Assembly: GCA_963667035.1 (NCBI GenBank)
Contig: OY762964.1
Coordinates: 2,208,001 to 2,272,000, forward strand
Source of the DNA: Candidatus Cloacimonadales bacterium
GTDB taxonomy: Bacteria; Cloacimonadota; Cloacimonadia; Cloacimonadales; JAFGVF01
Direction: 5' to 3'
DNA length: 64,000 nt
Shown: positions 54,562-63,633 of the stretch, piece by piece
Layout of the letters: every line of letters begins with the position of its first letter
Numbering within the stretch: the first letter of the stretch is position 1
Notes under the pieces: generated by a model
The model's database searches: none
Told to the model about the DNA's origin: nothing
Seen by the model: the letters and a program-made list of their open reading frames with translations, nothing else
Translations under genes and position numbers: made by a program

Positions 54562-55584
54562 ATGACTAATTACACTTTTGGGAGTGACAATCACTCTTCA
54601 GTTCACCCTCGTATCTTTGAATACCTCAATGAGATAAATAAAGGTGACGATAAAGCCTACGGTTATGACAAAGTAACCGAGAAAGCAAAAGCCTTGTTCA
54701 AGAAAGAATTCGGCGTCGATACAGAGGTCTTTTTCGTATTCAATGGCACAGGAGCAAACGTGCTTGCAATACGTTCCTTTCTTCAACCCTTTCAAGCTGT
54801 TATATGTGCCGACACTGCTCACATTAATTGCGATGAAGGCGGTGCTCCTGAATTCATAAATGGAGTTAAGCTCCTGACCTTACCTAACAAAAACGGTAAA
54901 CTTACCCCTGAGCTAATAGCTTCCAGACTGCATGACAGAGGTGATGAACATCACAATGAACCTGCTTTAGTCTCAATTACTCAATCCACTGAGTTAGGAA
55001 CTCTATATACATTACAAGAGCTTAAAGAGATTACCTCTTTCTGTCATAAGCATAATCTGCTTGTACACATGGACGGAGCACGAATTTCCAACGCTGCTAC
55101 TGCTCTTAACTGTACTTTTAAGGAACTGACAACCGACGTTGGGATTGATGTTCTAAGTTTCGGTGGAACAAAGAACGGACTCATGATGGCAGAAGCAGTA
55201 GTATTTCTTAATAGCAGAGCTCCTAAATGGATAAAGCATTTAAGAAAGCAGAATATGCAATTAATGTCCAAGATGAGATACATATCAGCTCAGTTCATTC
55301 CCTATTTTGAAGAGAAGATCTGGCGTTCAAATGCATTAAAAGCGAATCATTCGGCAAAGAACCTAAAAGATAAACTCACATCTATAGGGCTTAAAGTCAC
55401 ACGTCCGGTCGAGGTTAATGCTGTTTTCTGTAGAATTCCAAAGGCAATGAAAGAGAAAGTTCTACCTCACTACTTTTTCTATACTTGGGATGAGGAGCAG
55501 GACGAAGTTAGGTTAATGTGTTCATTTACGACCAAAGAGAGTGATATTGATAAGCTGATTGAGTTACTCAAGCAATACAAATAA
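54562..55584 (+). CDS. Low-specificity L-threonine aldolase family
   Basis: FGSDN, NGTGAN, HMDGARISNA and SFGGTKNG. Confidence 0.9.
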   Translation: MTNYTFGSDNHSSVHPRIFEYLNEINKGDDKAYGYDKVTEKAKALFKKEFGVDTEVFFVFNGTGANVLAIRSFLQPFQAVICADTAHINCDEGGAPEFINGVKLLTLPNKNGKLTPELIASRLHDRGDEHHNEPALVSITQSTELGTLYTLQELKEITSFCHKHNLLVHMDGARISNAATALNCTFKELTTDVGIDVLSFGGTKNGLMMAEAVVFLNSRAPKWIKHLRKQNMQLMSKMRYISAQFIPYFEEKIWRSNALKANHSAKNLKDKLTSIGLKVTRPVEVNAVFCRIPKAMKEKVLPHYFFYTWDEEQDEVRLMCSFTTKESDIDKLIELLKQYK

Positions 55585-55604
55585 ATTTTATATACATTAA
55601 AATA

Positions 55605-55640
55605 AAGTTGAGGGGTTACCGGGAGGTAACCCCTCAACTT
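55605..55640. terminator. Perfect 16-bp inverted repeat after the aldolase gene
   Basis: AAGTTGAGGGGTTACC-GGGA-GGTAACCCCTCAACTT. Confidence 0.65.
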
Positions 55641-55762
55641 GTGAGGGCATTTATGTAGGGTATGTAGGGATCACTAAAAACACATACATATTATAACCTC
55701 ATAATCCTAATATGCAAAAAAAAATAATTTGACGATTTTATAATTATCTTAAGAGTTATGGC

Positions 55763-56047
55763 ATGAGAAAAGATAATTCTTTAAAAGAAAGCACAATACT
55801 AGTGATTGTCATGGTTGTCATTATAGCCATCTTCACTCTTGTCGGTTATTGGGACTCTATAGGAGAGAGAACTATTAAGGATAGAGAGGAATACTATCGC
55901 CGTGCCGATGCTATGGAGAAGAAGATGGAACGTATGCGTAAGGAGAATATTGACACCATTGGCAATACTGGTAGTGTTAACGATAATGTAAATCCTAAAA
56001 TGAAGCTTTCTGACTTAGAGAAAGAACGCCCTAAATCCGATAGATAG
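55763..56047 (+). CDS. Small single-TM hypothetical protein
   Basis: N-terminal hydrophobic segment and charged tail. Confidence 0.55.
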   Translation: MRKDNSLKESTILVIVMVVIIAIFTLVGYWDSIGERTIKDREEYYRRADAMEKKMERMRKENIDTIGNTGSVNDNVNPKMKLSDLEKERPKSDR

Positions 56048-56051
56048 AACT

Positions 56052-56471
56052 ATGCATCGAAGAAGAAACGTATCACTTATTAGGTCATTGGTTATTATCG
56101 CCATTATTCTTAATGTACTACTTACCATTTTCCATGTTCTGGTTATGGTAAAAGTAATCCCTTACAATATGGTTTGGGGTGGTAGAATATCCACATTTGA
56201 TGAAGCCATACAGATGGAGACAGCATCAATTATCGGGACTATCATTATAATCCTCATCACTTCGGTGGGTTTGTCAAAAAGAATTATCAACAGGACGAGT
56301 CGTTATTCCTACCAATACAAGCTTTCATTATTAGCTATCTCAGCTTTCTTCGGATTCAATATGCTATCAAACTTCGCTTCCGACAACAGCTTCGAGAAGA
56401 TGATATTTATACCTTTGACATCAGTATTCATTCTACTTTACCTAAGTATCTATAGATTATTAAGAAAATAG
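56052..56471 (+). CDS. Four-TM hypothetical membrane protein
   Basis: IPYNMVWGGR motif and hydrophobic helices. Confidence 0.65.
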   Translation: MHRRRNVSLIRSLVIIAIILNVLLTIFHVLVMVKVIPYNMVWGGRISTFDEAIQMETASIIGTIIIILITSVGLSKRIINRTSRYSYQYKLSLLAISAFFGFNMLSNFASDNSFEKMIFIPLTSVFILLYLSIYRLLRK

Positions 56472-56530
56472 AAACATTTCGTTTTTCTTCTTGACATGCT
56501 AAAAGCAGAAGAAATTTATGTACTCATCTT

Positions 56531-56607
<77 letters not shown>

Positions 56608-56858
56608 GTTTTTAGGGAACCCATGGTTCCCTTTTCTTTTTCTCTCCCCTATTAATCCTTATTTAACTATTATCATGGACAAAGAATATTATTTAAAGAT
56701 TGACCTTCAAAAACTAATCTAATTCATACTATATATACCTAAATCTCTACATGTCTTTTTTGTTTGACAAAGGACAGCGTAGAAATATTTGGAATGTAAT
56801 TCAGGATTAATCCTTTTCATCCCGATTATAATTACTAATATAGATTAAGGGAGAACAA

Positions 56859-58064
56859 ATGCCGGAACAACAACGCATTTTAGTCATCAATTGCGGGAGC
56901 TCTTCCCTCAAGTACGAAGTTTACCGTATGCCTGACAAAGTAAGTTTAGGCAAAGGTTTAGTTGAGCGTATAGGCTTGGATGAAGGTAAAATCACTCAAA
57001 AAACTGAAAATGGCAATTATGAAAAGGTTCAGCCAATTCCCGATCATGCCGAAGCAATGAAACTTGTTTCTGCCGCTCTTGTGGATAAAGAGCTTGGAAT
57101 GTTGAACTCTATTGATGAAATCACAGGTGTAGGACACAGAGTTGTGCATGGTGGTGAAGATTACTCTGAGTCTGTTATTATAAATGATGCCGTTATTAAA
57201 GCTATCGAAGAAAACTCAGAGCTTGCTCCTCTGCACAATCCTGCTAACCTTACGGGTATTCGTGAAGCAATAAACATGCTTCCCGAAGTTAAGCAGGTTG
57301 CTGTTTTTGATACCGCTTTCCACCAGACAATGCCACCATCTGCATACTTATACGGAATTCCCAGAGAACTCTATAACAAGTATAAAATCAGACGTTACGG
57401 ATTCCACGGGACCAGTCATCGCTTTGTTGCAGGTGAGGCATTGAAGATGCTCAAAAGAGTTCCTGACAACACCAATATGATTACTTGTCATTTAGGGAAT
57501 GGAGCTTCTATCACCGCAATCCAGAGAGGACAATCCATAGATACCTCTATGGGTTTCACTCCGCTTGAAGGTCTGCTTATGGGCACCAGAAGCGGTGATT
57601 TAGATCCTAGTATCATTCCTTATTTAAATGACAGAGGTTACAGTGTTGAGGAGATTAACGCTATGCTCAATAAGAAGAGCGGACTTCTAGGGTTAAGCAC
57701 AATCTCAAGTGATTTAAGAGATGTGGAAGAAGCTGCCGAGAACGGAGACGAGAACTCACAACAGGCTCTGGAAGCTTTTGCATATAGAGTACGTAAGTAT
57801 ATTGGTGCTTATTCCGCCAATCTCGTTAGAGTTGATGCTATTGTTTTCACCGGTGGAATCGGTGAACATGCTATCAAGATGAGAAGAAGAATCTGCCGTA
57901 ACCTTCAGAATATCGGTATTCACATGAGCAAAGAGCTCAACCAACAGGTGGGACATGGTACCGGCGTTATCTCCGAGCCATATTCACCAACCCAAATTTT
58001 AGTTATTCCAACAAATGAAGAACTGCAAATTGCATGTGACAGTTATGACCTGATTTTCGGTTAG
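56859..58064 (+). CDS. ackA: Acetate kinase
   Basis: INCGSSSLK, GHRVVHGG, APLHNP, FDTAFH and HLGNGAS. Confidence 0.97.
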   Translation: MPEQQRILVINCGSSSLKYEVYRMPDKVSLGKGLVERIGLDEGKITQKTENGNYEKVQPIPDHAEAMKLVSAALVDKELGMLNSIDEITGVGHRVVHGGEDYSESVIINDAVIKAIEENSELAPLHNPANLTGIREAINMLPEVKQVAVFDTAFHQTMPPSAYLYGIPRELYNKYKIRRYGFHGTSHRFVAGEALKMLKRVPDNTNMITCHLGNGASITAIQRGQSIDTSMGFTPLEGLLMGTRSGDLDPSIIPYLNDRGYSVEEINAMLNKKSGLLGLSTISSDLRDVEEAAENGDENSQQALEAFAYRVRKYIGAYSANLVRVDAIVFTGGIGEHAIKMRRRICRNLQNIGIHMSKELNQQVGHGTGVISEPYSPTQILVIPTNEELQIACDSYDLIFG

Positions 58065-58166
58065 ACTCAAGAAAAGGTAGAAAACAAGGTTGCATTTCTG
58101 CAACCTTTGTCTTTTAAGACTAATCTAAGTTATGTCACCGGTTAGTTTTGACTATGAGTAGTCAGC

Positions 58167-58202
58167 AAAAAGCCCTCCTTTCATTTGAAAGGAGGGACTT
58201 TT
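58167..58202. terminator. Bidirectional terminator
   Basis: AAAAGCCCTCCTTTCA-TT-TGAAAGGAGGGACTTTT between convergent genes. Confidence 0.7.
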
Positions 58203-58205
58203 GTT

Positions 58206-58667
58206 TTAGCTTCCGTTATAGCTATTGGTTAAATCATCGTACTTATTGACCTTTGGAAGGAATCCGTTATCAATTGCTTCTTTAACGGTCTTAACTCCGA
58301 TATCAAGCAACTGAATATCTGCGAATGTGATTGTTCTCAAGTCAATCGTCGGATCATCTTTATGAACGCTCCACCACATTTTACTGTAAAGAGCATAGTA
58401 AGTTGGTGGAACAGCATACTGATCTACGACATCGGTTTTGTATCTCAAACAATATGTTTTCAAATCATCCATCCAACCTGCATCAAAACTGTCATAGACG
58501 ATTCCCAGGTTTGTTGCGATCAGACCAATTGTTTGGTTTTGCTGAGAATAAGGTGGCTCAGCGTACTCTTTGGCTATACAGACTGCATCATCATGCAAAG
58601 CTGCATAGGTTGTTTTGTCACGGGTTCCGCTCCATGCAAGGAACGGGAAACACATTTTCACTTTCAT
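58206..58667 (-). CDS. Hypothetical protein, paralogue of the ORF starting at 63634
   Basis: CAGGAGG RBS; MKVK...SG...DDL..Y...KM.W...P.IDL.TIT shared with the 63634 ORF. Confidence 0.75.
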   Translation of the reverse strand: MKVKMCFPFLAWSGTRDKTTYAALHDDAVCIAKEYAEPPYSQQNQTIGLIATNLGIVYDSFDAGWMDDLKTYCLRYKTDVVDQYAVPPTYYALYSKMWWSVHKDDPTIDLRTITFADIQLLDIGVKTVKEAIDNGFLPKVNKYDDLTNSYNGS

Positions 58668-58702
58668 TATAGACCTCCTGGTCAGTTGTACTTATTAAGG
58701 AT

Positions 58703-58986
58703 CCGGGTAACATACTGGGTACGCGAACATCCCTGTTCGCATCTACCGGGTCTGCGAGCTTCCGGCTCGCTTTACCGGGTGTCCCGACATCCTGTCGGGA
58801 TTTCCGATTTCTCCGACTTCCGGTCGGGAGAAGGGAGCCGGCAAGATGCCGGCGTACCCAGTACTCGGACTCCCTTAATAAGATGTTGAAGGATCTGTCA
58901 GTAACTACCACTGACGAGTAATTGGCTACATTACCGGTCTTCAATGCATTGGATTATTACCGGGTACGCAGGCATCCTGCCTGCAT
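58703..58986. repeat. Cluster of GC-rich REP-like hairpins
   Basis: CYGGGT-NN-stem-CATCC/CTTCC-stem units at 58715, 58746, 58775 and 58960, plus an inverted copy at 58837-58861. Confidence 0.75.
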
Positions 58987-59038
58987 TTCCCATAAATTTT
59001 ATTATAAACTCTCATTTGTTTTTCATCCTCTATACTTA

Positions 59039-59070
59039 TATATAGGAATAAAAATGGGATTTGAGGAATA
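59039..59070 (-). repeat. 32-bp element, inverted copy of 63517-63548
   Basis: TATATAGGAATAAAAATGGGATTTGAGGAATA; 31 of 32 bases match the reverse complement of the other copy. Confidence 0.9.
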
Positions 59071-59232
59071 GAGGTGTGATATTTTCTCAATTGTTTGTTA
59101 TAAAAATAACTTTGCACTAAGAATGCTGTTTATGATTTACTCCAAGCTTTCTTTTGTTATAATTGTCTATTGACAACGATTTTATTTCTTTGTACAAGGG
59201 TTTATATGAAATTAGATTTATAGAGGAATCAT

Positions 59233-59967
59233 ATGGAATACAATGTTTACTGTGATGAGAGTTGCCATTTATTAAATGATGGAATTAGAGCCATGGTTTT
59301 AGGAGCTGTGTGGTGTCCCAAAGATAAAGTAAAAGAAATCAATCGTAAAATAAGGGATATTAAGCTGAAGAATGGCTTCAATCCCAAAGCTGAAGTTAAG
59401 TGGACTAAAGTATCCAATGGTAACATCGATTTATACAAATCACTAATTACATTTTTCTTTGAGGAATCCGACTTGCATTTTAGAGCAGTTGTTATTCCCG
59501 ATAAAAATGTTTTAGATCACACAAGTTACAATCAAACCCATGATGATTTTTACTATAAGATGTATTTTGTTATGCTAAATCAAATTTGGGATCCTGACTC
59601 ATCTTACAATGTTTACTTAGATATAAAAGATACTCAGGGCTATGAAAAGGTTAAGCTGTTAGAACATATTTCAAGAACTAAACAATACGACTATACTGGT
59701 AGTATGATTTTGAAATTGCAGCAGATACGTTCCCATGAATCAGAAGTTTTACAGATAACTGATTTGTTAATCGGGACATTGGGATACATACATAGAAGTT
59801 TAGAGACAAGTAACGCAAAGTTAGAGTTGATTAGAAATGTTAAATCGCATCTACATGATATGAACAGAAGTTATTCATTACTCCGAAGTACCTATTTAAA
59901 AGAGTCAAAATTCAATATGTTAGTTTGGGAACCTAGTTTCAATAATGAAGGTCAACCATGTTTGTAG
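59233..59967 (+). CDS. DUF3800-family (RNase H-like fold) protein
   Basis: YCDESCHL, EVKW, YLD and QITDLLIG motifs. Confidence 0.85.
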   Translation: MEYNVYCDESCHLLNDGIRAMVLGAVWCPKDKVKEINRKIRDIKLKNGFNPKAEVKWTKVSNGNIDLYKSLITFFFEESDLHFRAVVIPDKNVLDHTSYNQTHDDFYYKMYFVMLNQIWDPDSSYNVYLDIKDTQGYEKVKLLEHISRTKQYDYTGSMILKLQQIRSHESEVLQITDLLIGTLGYIHRSLETSNAKLELIRNVKSHLHDMNRSYSLLRSTYLKESKFNMLVWEPSFNNEGQPCL

Positions 59968-60452
59968 ATTGGTTACCTGAGCTGTTAGATGAAACTCAGT
60001 TTGATAATGAGCACGAGCTAATTGAGTTTGCATATCAAATATATTTAAAGTTATATGTTCTAAGTAAACCTCAATATAATGGTATCATGGTTAATGTTAG
60101 ACGAGTTCCTTATCTTGGTAACAGAGATCAAGCATTTTACCATCTGACAACATCAAGTAAAGGTGAGACTGAAGAACAAAGAAAACCTGACATTGAAAGA
60201 TGTAAAAGAATTAGATTTCCTAAAAGCATAATTGAAAATTCCAGTGATGAAGATATACTGGTTTGGCAAAACAAAAGAGGAAGTCGAAGAAATACATTGA
60301 TGTGGTTGAAAGAATTAGATTACTTAGTGGTACTTAAAAATGGAAATGGATATTACATTCTTACAACTGCTTATATAATTACTTTCAAACATACAAGAAA
60401 GAAACTGATAACAGAATATGAAGCGTATATAAAAGCAAAGGTCGCGAATTAG
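59958..60452 (+). CDS. Putative BECR/RelE-fold nuclease (phage P1 RlfB-like)
   Basis: AFYHL, PDxxRCxRI, YLVVL and LTTAY motifs; overlaps the DUF3800 gene. Confidence 0.55.
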   Translation: MFVDWLPELLDETQFDNEHELIEFAYQIYLKLYVLSKPQYNGIMVNVRRVPYLGNRDQAFYHLTTSSKGETEEQRKPDIERCKRIRFPKSIIENSSDEDILVWQNKRGSRRNTLMWLKELDYLVVLKNGNGYYILTTAYIITFKHTRKKLITEYEAYIKAKVAN

Positions 60453-60491
60453 GCGACCTCGATACTCCTTCTACACATGGCAGATGAGCTA
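60436..60491 (+). ncRNA. Putative two-hairpin structured RNA at the 3' end of the DUF3800 operon
   Basis: AGGTCGC-GAATTAG-GCGACCT, then CTC-CT-TCTAC-ACATG-GCAGA-T-GAG; GC-rich island in AT-rich DNA; no U tract. Confidence 0.55.
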
Positions 60492-60660
60492 ATTACAATT
60501 TATTCATAATCATGAATCTGTCAAATTATTCTTTTTCCCCGCTTTCGGAATTCTATTTTCTAAATCTAAAATATAAAACTAATCGAATTTCCGAACCACA
60601 AAAACTAAACAATAGTGAAATTTGCATTTTAATCAGTTTCGGATTAGTTCAAATTTGTCG

Positions 60661-62151
60661 TTAATCATTTGAAGTCATCTCAACAGATTTACTAGTAATA
60701 CATTTTTCCAATATAGGGTTTATAAAACATTTTGGATTGAGAAACAGGAACGATAATGATATATATATAATACTCCATAGAATTAAAACTGTTTTAAATG
60801 TGGATTTTGTACTTCCAGTATATTCTTTTATATATTCGTTTACTTTATCTTTATGCATAAAGCTTTTCGTATGTGTAGCCCATGCTTTAGTATTTTTATT
60901 GAGTTTGCTGTATTCGAGGATGTTGATTGTACCTTGAGCAATTAAGCTAAAAATTAAATACAAGCCTATCCCTTTTATAAAAAAGGGTAGAAATTCACTA
61001 TCAAGTATGTTTGTAGATTCGAGTATCTTACTACTAATATTGAACCCAACGAAGAAAGCTATTGCGATGATATCTCTTATCAATCCATTTATAAGAACAT
61101 GAATCTGTTCAAAATACTTAGTTGCAGTATCTTTTAAATCTGACAAAAAAGCTCTTTTCTCAAGTTCAAATTCTGATCTTAGATCACTTATGAAGTACTC
61201 AAATTCCTCGGTACACTGTAATAGAATTGACTCAGCATTTTGAGCTAATTCACTTGGAAATGCTTTCGTTTTATCAATAATTAAACTTATTCTATCTCTT
61301 ACAAGTTTAAGTCTGGTTTCTTGTTTGTCTTGATATGCCCATCCTACTAGTTTCGCAAGAGAATTAACTTCATGTAACGTTACTTTATCATACTCCCCAC
61401 AAATTATTTTTACTTCAACAAAAGTTTTACCTTTTATCAATGCATTTCCATTACTATCCAAAGTATTAATAAAAGGTAGAGACAATGCTTCGGTGCATTT
61501 TAATAAGAACATTGCATGCAAAGGGTCTGTTTCATTTAATTTGATTGGAACAAAAAACGGTATGTTGAAATAACTGTTGTTCATCACATGAACATAATCT
61601 TTTATTTGTAAATCTGAGGGATACTTTGTTCGTATATTGGTTGAGAATTCAATTGAAGAACTACTTGACTTTAATGGTATGAAGCGACACTGCTCTGTAT
61701 GCAGTGCTTCAGATAAACCGTTTACGAATATTACAATATTTTCTTTTTTAATAAAGCTATTTATACTAGAAGCAGGATTTAAAGCAGAGAGCCACTTGAG
61801 AAATGAATCATAAAGAACAAAGTAGAATACACAATGATTATTCTTAGCCTCAATCAGCTTATTCGATTTTTTAATATAAATAACTCTCCAGGATCGAATA
61901 GGCTCAAGTAATATATCTAAACTTTCTATATTACAACCTTGACCATTTACATCTATAGTCAATTTTCCAAGGTCACTATTCTCTAGAAGTTCATTTAGTC
62001 CTTTTAACTGCTGAATTAAATTTGGAAAATTAAGTCCAGAAATATCAATTTCTTCTATGGTTTCATTTACTTTGTTACTGTGATTAGCAAAAATAGAGAA
62101 GTAATCGCAAATTGATCGTAATATTGACAGTGACAATTTATGATTTTTCAT
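60661..62151 (-). CDS. Hypothetical protein with coiled-coil and C-terminal TM helices
   Basis: 496-aa ORF; about three hydrophobic segments at the C-terminus; start overlaps the upstream gene's end. Confidence 0.75.
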   Translation of the reverse strand: MKNHKLSLSILRSICDYFSIFANHSNKVNETIEEIDISGLNFPNLIQQLKGLNELLENSDLGKLTIDVNGQGCNIESLDILLEPIRSWRVIYIKKSNKLIEAKNNHCVFYFVLYDSFLKWLSALNPASSINSFIKKENIVIFVNGLSEALHTEQCRFIPLKSSSSSIEFSTNIRTKYPSDLQIKDYVHVMNNSYFNIPFFVPIKLNETDPLHAMFLLKCTEALSLPFINTLDSNGNALIKGKTFVEVKIICGEYDKVTLHEVNSLAKLVGWAYQDKQETRLKLVRDRISLIIDKTKAFPSELAQNAESILLQCTEEFEYFISDLRSEFELEKRAFLSDLKDTATKYFEQIHVLINGLIRDIIAIAFFVGFNISSKILESTNILDSEFLPFFIKGIGLYLIFSLIAQGTINILEYSKLNKNTKAWATHTKSFMHKDKVNEYIKEYTGSTKSTFKTVLILWSIIYISLSFLFLNPKCFINPILEKCITSKSVEMTSND

Positions 62152-63212
62152 TTATCTAATTGGGGTAGGTCATCTGAGTAAATTTCTATATGGTATAATC
62201 CATCTTCAGATCTTTTATTTGGCAATATAATCCCTCTTGCCACAGGATCTCCTTCCCAAATTATACTAACATTTTTACTAGTTTTCATCTTACTCTTTTT
62301 TTCTGTTCGTAATACTGCAGGTTTTGGAGAGAACGTATGAGATTCTGAAATACCATTCTCTACAAGATTAGCATAAAGAGATCCTTTCAATTTGTTCTTC
62401 CGTGCTTTGTTGCTTGGGTCAAAAACTATCATTTCTACAAACTCATCTGTATCGAAAGTGTCGTGTGTATCTAAGTATTTAATTGCCCTTGCTTTATAGG
62501 TTCCAGCATTCTCTTCTGGTGGAGTATCATGCTTATCATTAGCCCAATTAATAACTGAACGAACAGCTTTTCGTGTCCAATATGCATCGTTTTCTCGTAA
62601 CTGAACACCAAGAAAATTTAAAAAATAGTCAGCAATATCATTACTTCTTTGGGCTGCAAGAACATCCCACTTAAACGTGTTTGAGACATCAATCAGTGCA
62701 ACTTTTTGTATTGCATGCTTACTTTCAATGAAAGTATTTAATATTTCCTTTAAAATTGCTTTCTTCCCTTCTGTAGAGTTAATTGTTTCCCATTGGATTA
62801 CAGTCGTATGATCCATTTTGATAAGTGATAAAAGCTTACACTTCCTCCCATTGGTTATTACTGAAATTAATGCAACAATCAGAACACCATCACTAACATT
62901 ACCTTTATGGTGTTTATAAAATGATTTAGTAATGTCTTTTGACACATCAACAAAGTCATTCCCATTTTTAACTATTTTTTCTGTCCATTGTTGAAGTTGA
63001 GGTTGCACATCACCAGAATTAAAAAATACATACTGGGTTCCGTTACTTGATTCTTTAATTCTCTGCTTAAAAAAATTTGTTTCTTTTATACCAATTTCAA
63101 CTTCGTACAGATATTCTGGTTCAGGGAGAGATTTAATGATAATATGAAAAATAAATCTCTCAATTTGTAAGCTCTCTTTTTCTGCTTTCGTTAAACTACT
63201 TTCTTTATACAT
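62148..63212 (-). CDS. YejK/NdpA (NA37)-like nucleoid-associated protein
   Basis: IERFIFHII, DGVLIVA, LIKMD, QKVALID and ADYFLNFLG motifs; GGAGGAG RBS. Confidence 0.7.
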   Translation of the reverse strand: MYKESSLTKAEKESLQIERFIFHIIIKSLPEPEYLYEVEIGIKETNFFKQRIKESSNGTQYVFFNSGDVQPQLQQWTEKIVKNGNDFVDVSKDITKSFYKHHKGNVSDGVLIVALISVITNGRKCKLLSLIKMDHTTVIQWETINSTEGKKAILKEILNTFIESKHAIQKVALIDVSNTFKWDVLAAQRSNDIADYFLNFLGVQLRENDAYWTRKAVRSVINWANDKHDTPPEENAGTYKARAIKYLDTHDTFDTDEFVEMIVFDPSNKARKNKLKGSLYANLVENGISESHTFSPKPAVLRTEKKSKMKTSKNVSIIWEGDPVARGIILPNKRSEDGLYHIEIYSDDLPQLDK

Positions 63213-63361
63213 AGCTCCTCCATAATTATGATGTGGTTTCCACATAACTTATTTAATAAAAATAAACTACTACTTAAAAGTCAAGTGAATATCTAAATCG
63301 TAATATGTTCATATGTTAGACACATATCTCTTTTAGGGAAACAGAATATCAATTTGTTATC

Positions 63362-63468
63362 CATCAATAGCTCACCAACGTCCCTCCAATGGAGCACCAA
63401 CGGACAACCAATAGCTAGCGTTGGTTGGATATTGTTGATGTGTTGAAGAATAATTGAATGTGTACTGT
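63362..63468. repeat. Palindromic 11-bp-period array D
   Basis: (C/T)CAA at 63364, 63375, 63386, 63397 and 63408; TTG at 63421, 63432, 63443 and 63454; centre 63416. Confidence 0.8.
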
Positions 63469-63516
63469 GTATTGATAGATTCCTACCAGAGAAGTATTTG
63501 AGAAAACTAAGTACTT

Positions 63517-63548
63517 TATTCCTCAAACCCCATTTTTATTCCTATATA
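63517..63548 (+). repeat. 32-bp element, inverted copy of 59039-59070
   Basis: TATTCCTCAAACCCCATTTTTATTCCTATATA. Confidence 0.9.
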
Positions 63549-63633
63549 ATAATAGAGGGTTAGTTGAAACATGCTTAAAACATAACACAGATAGAAACTC
63601 AAAGAAACAGTATAACTTAATGCAGGAGGAATC

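Noticed and set aside
58331..58944. ORFs 58331-58672, 58362-58889 and 58618-58944
   Set aside because: Antisense to the 153-aa gene or open only because of the GC-rich REP-like hairpins.
60468..60486. Similarity of TTCTAC...GCAGAT to a Cas12a repeat stem
   Set aside because: Single copy with a mismatch, no spacers and no cas gene; treated as coincidence.
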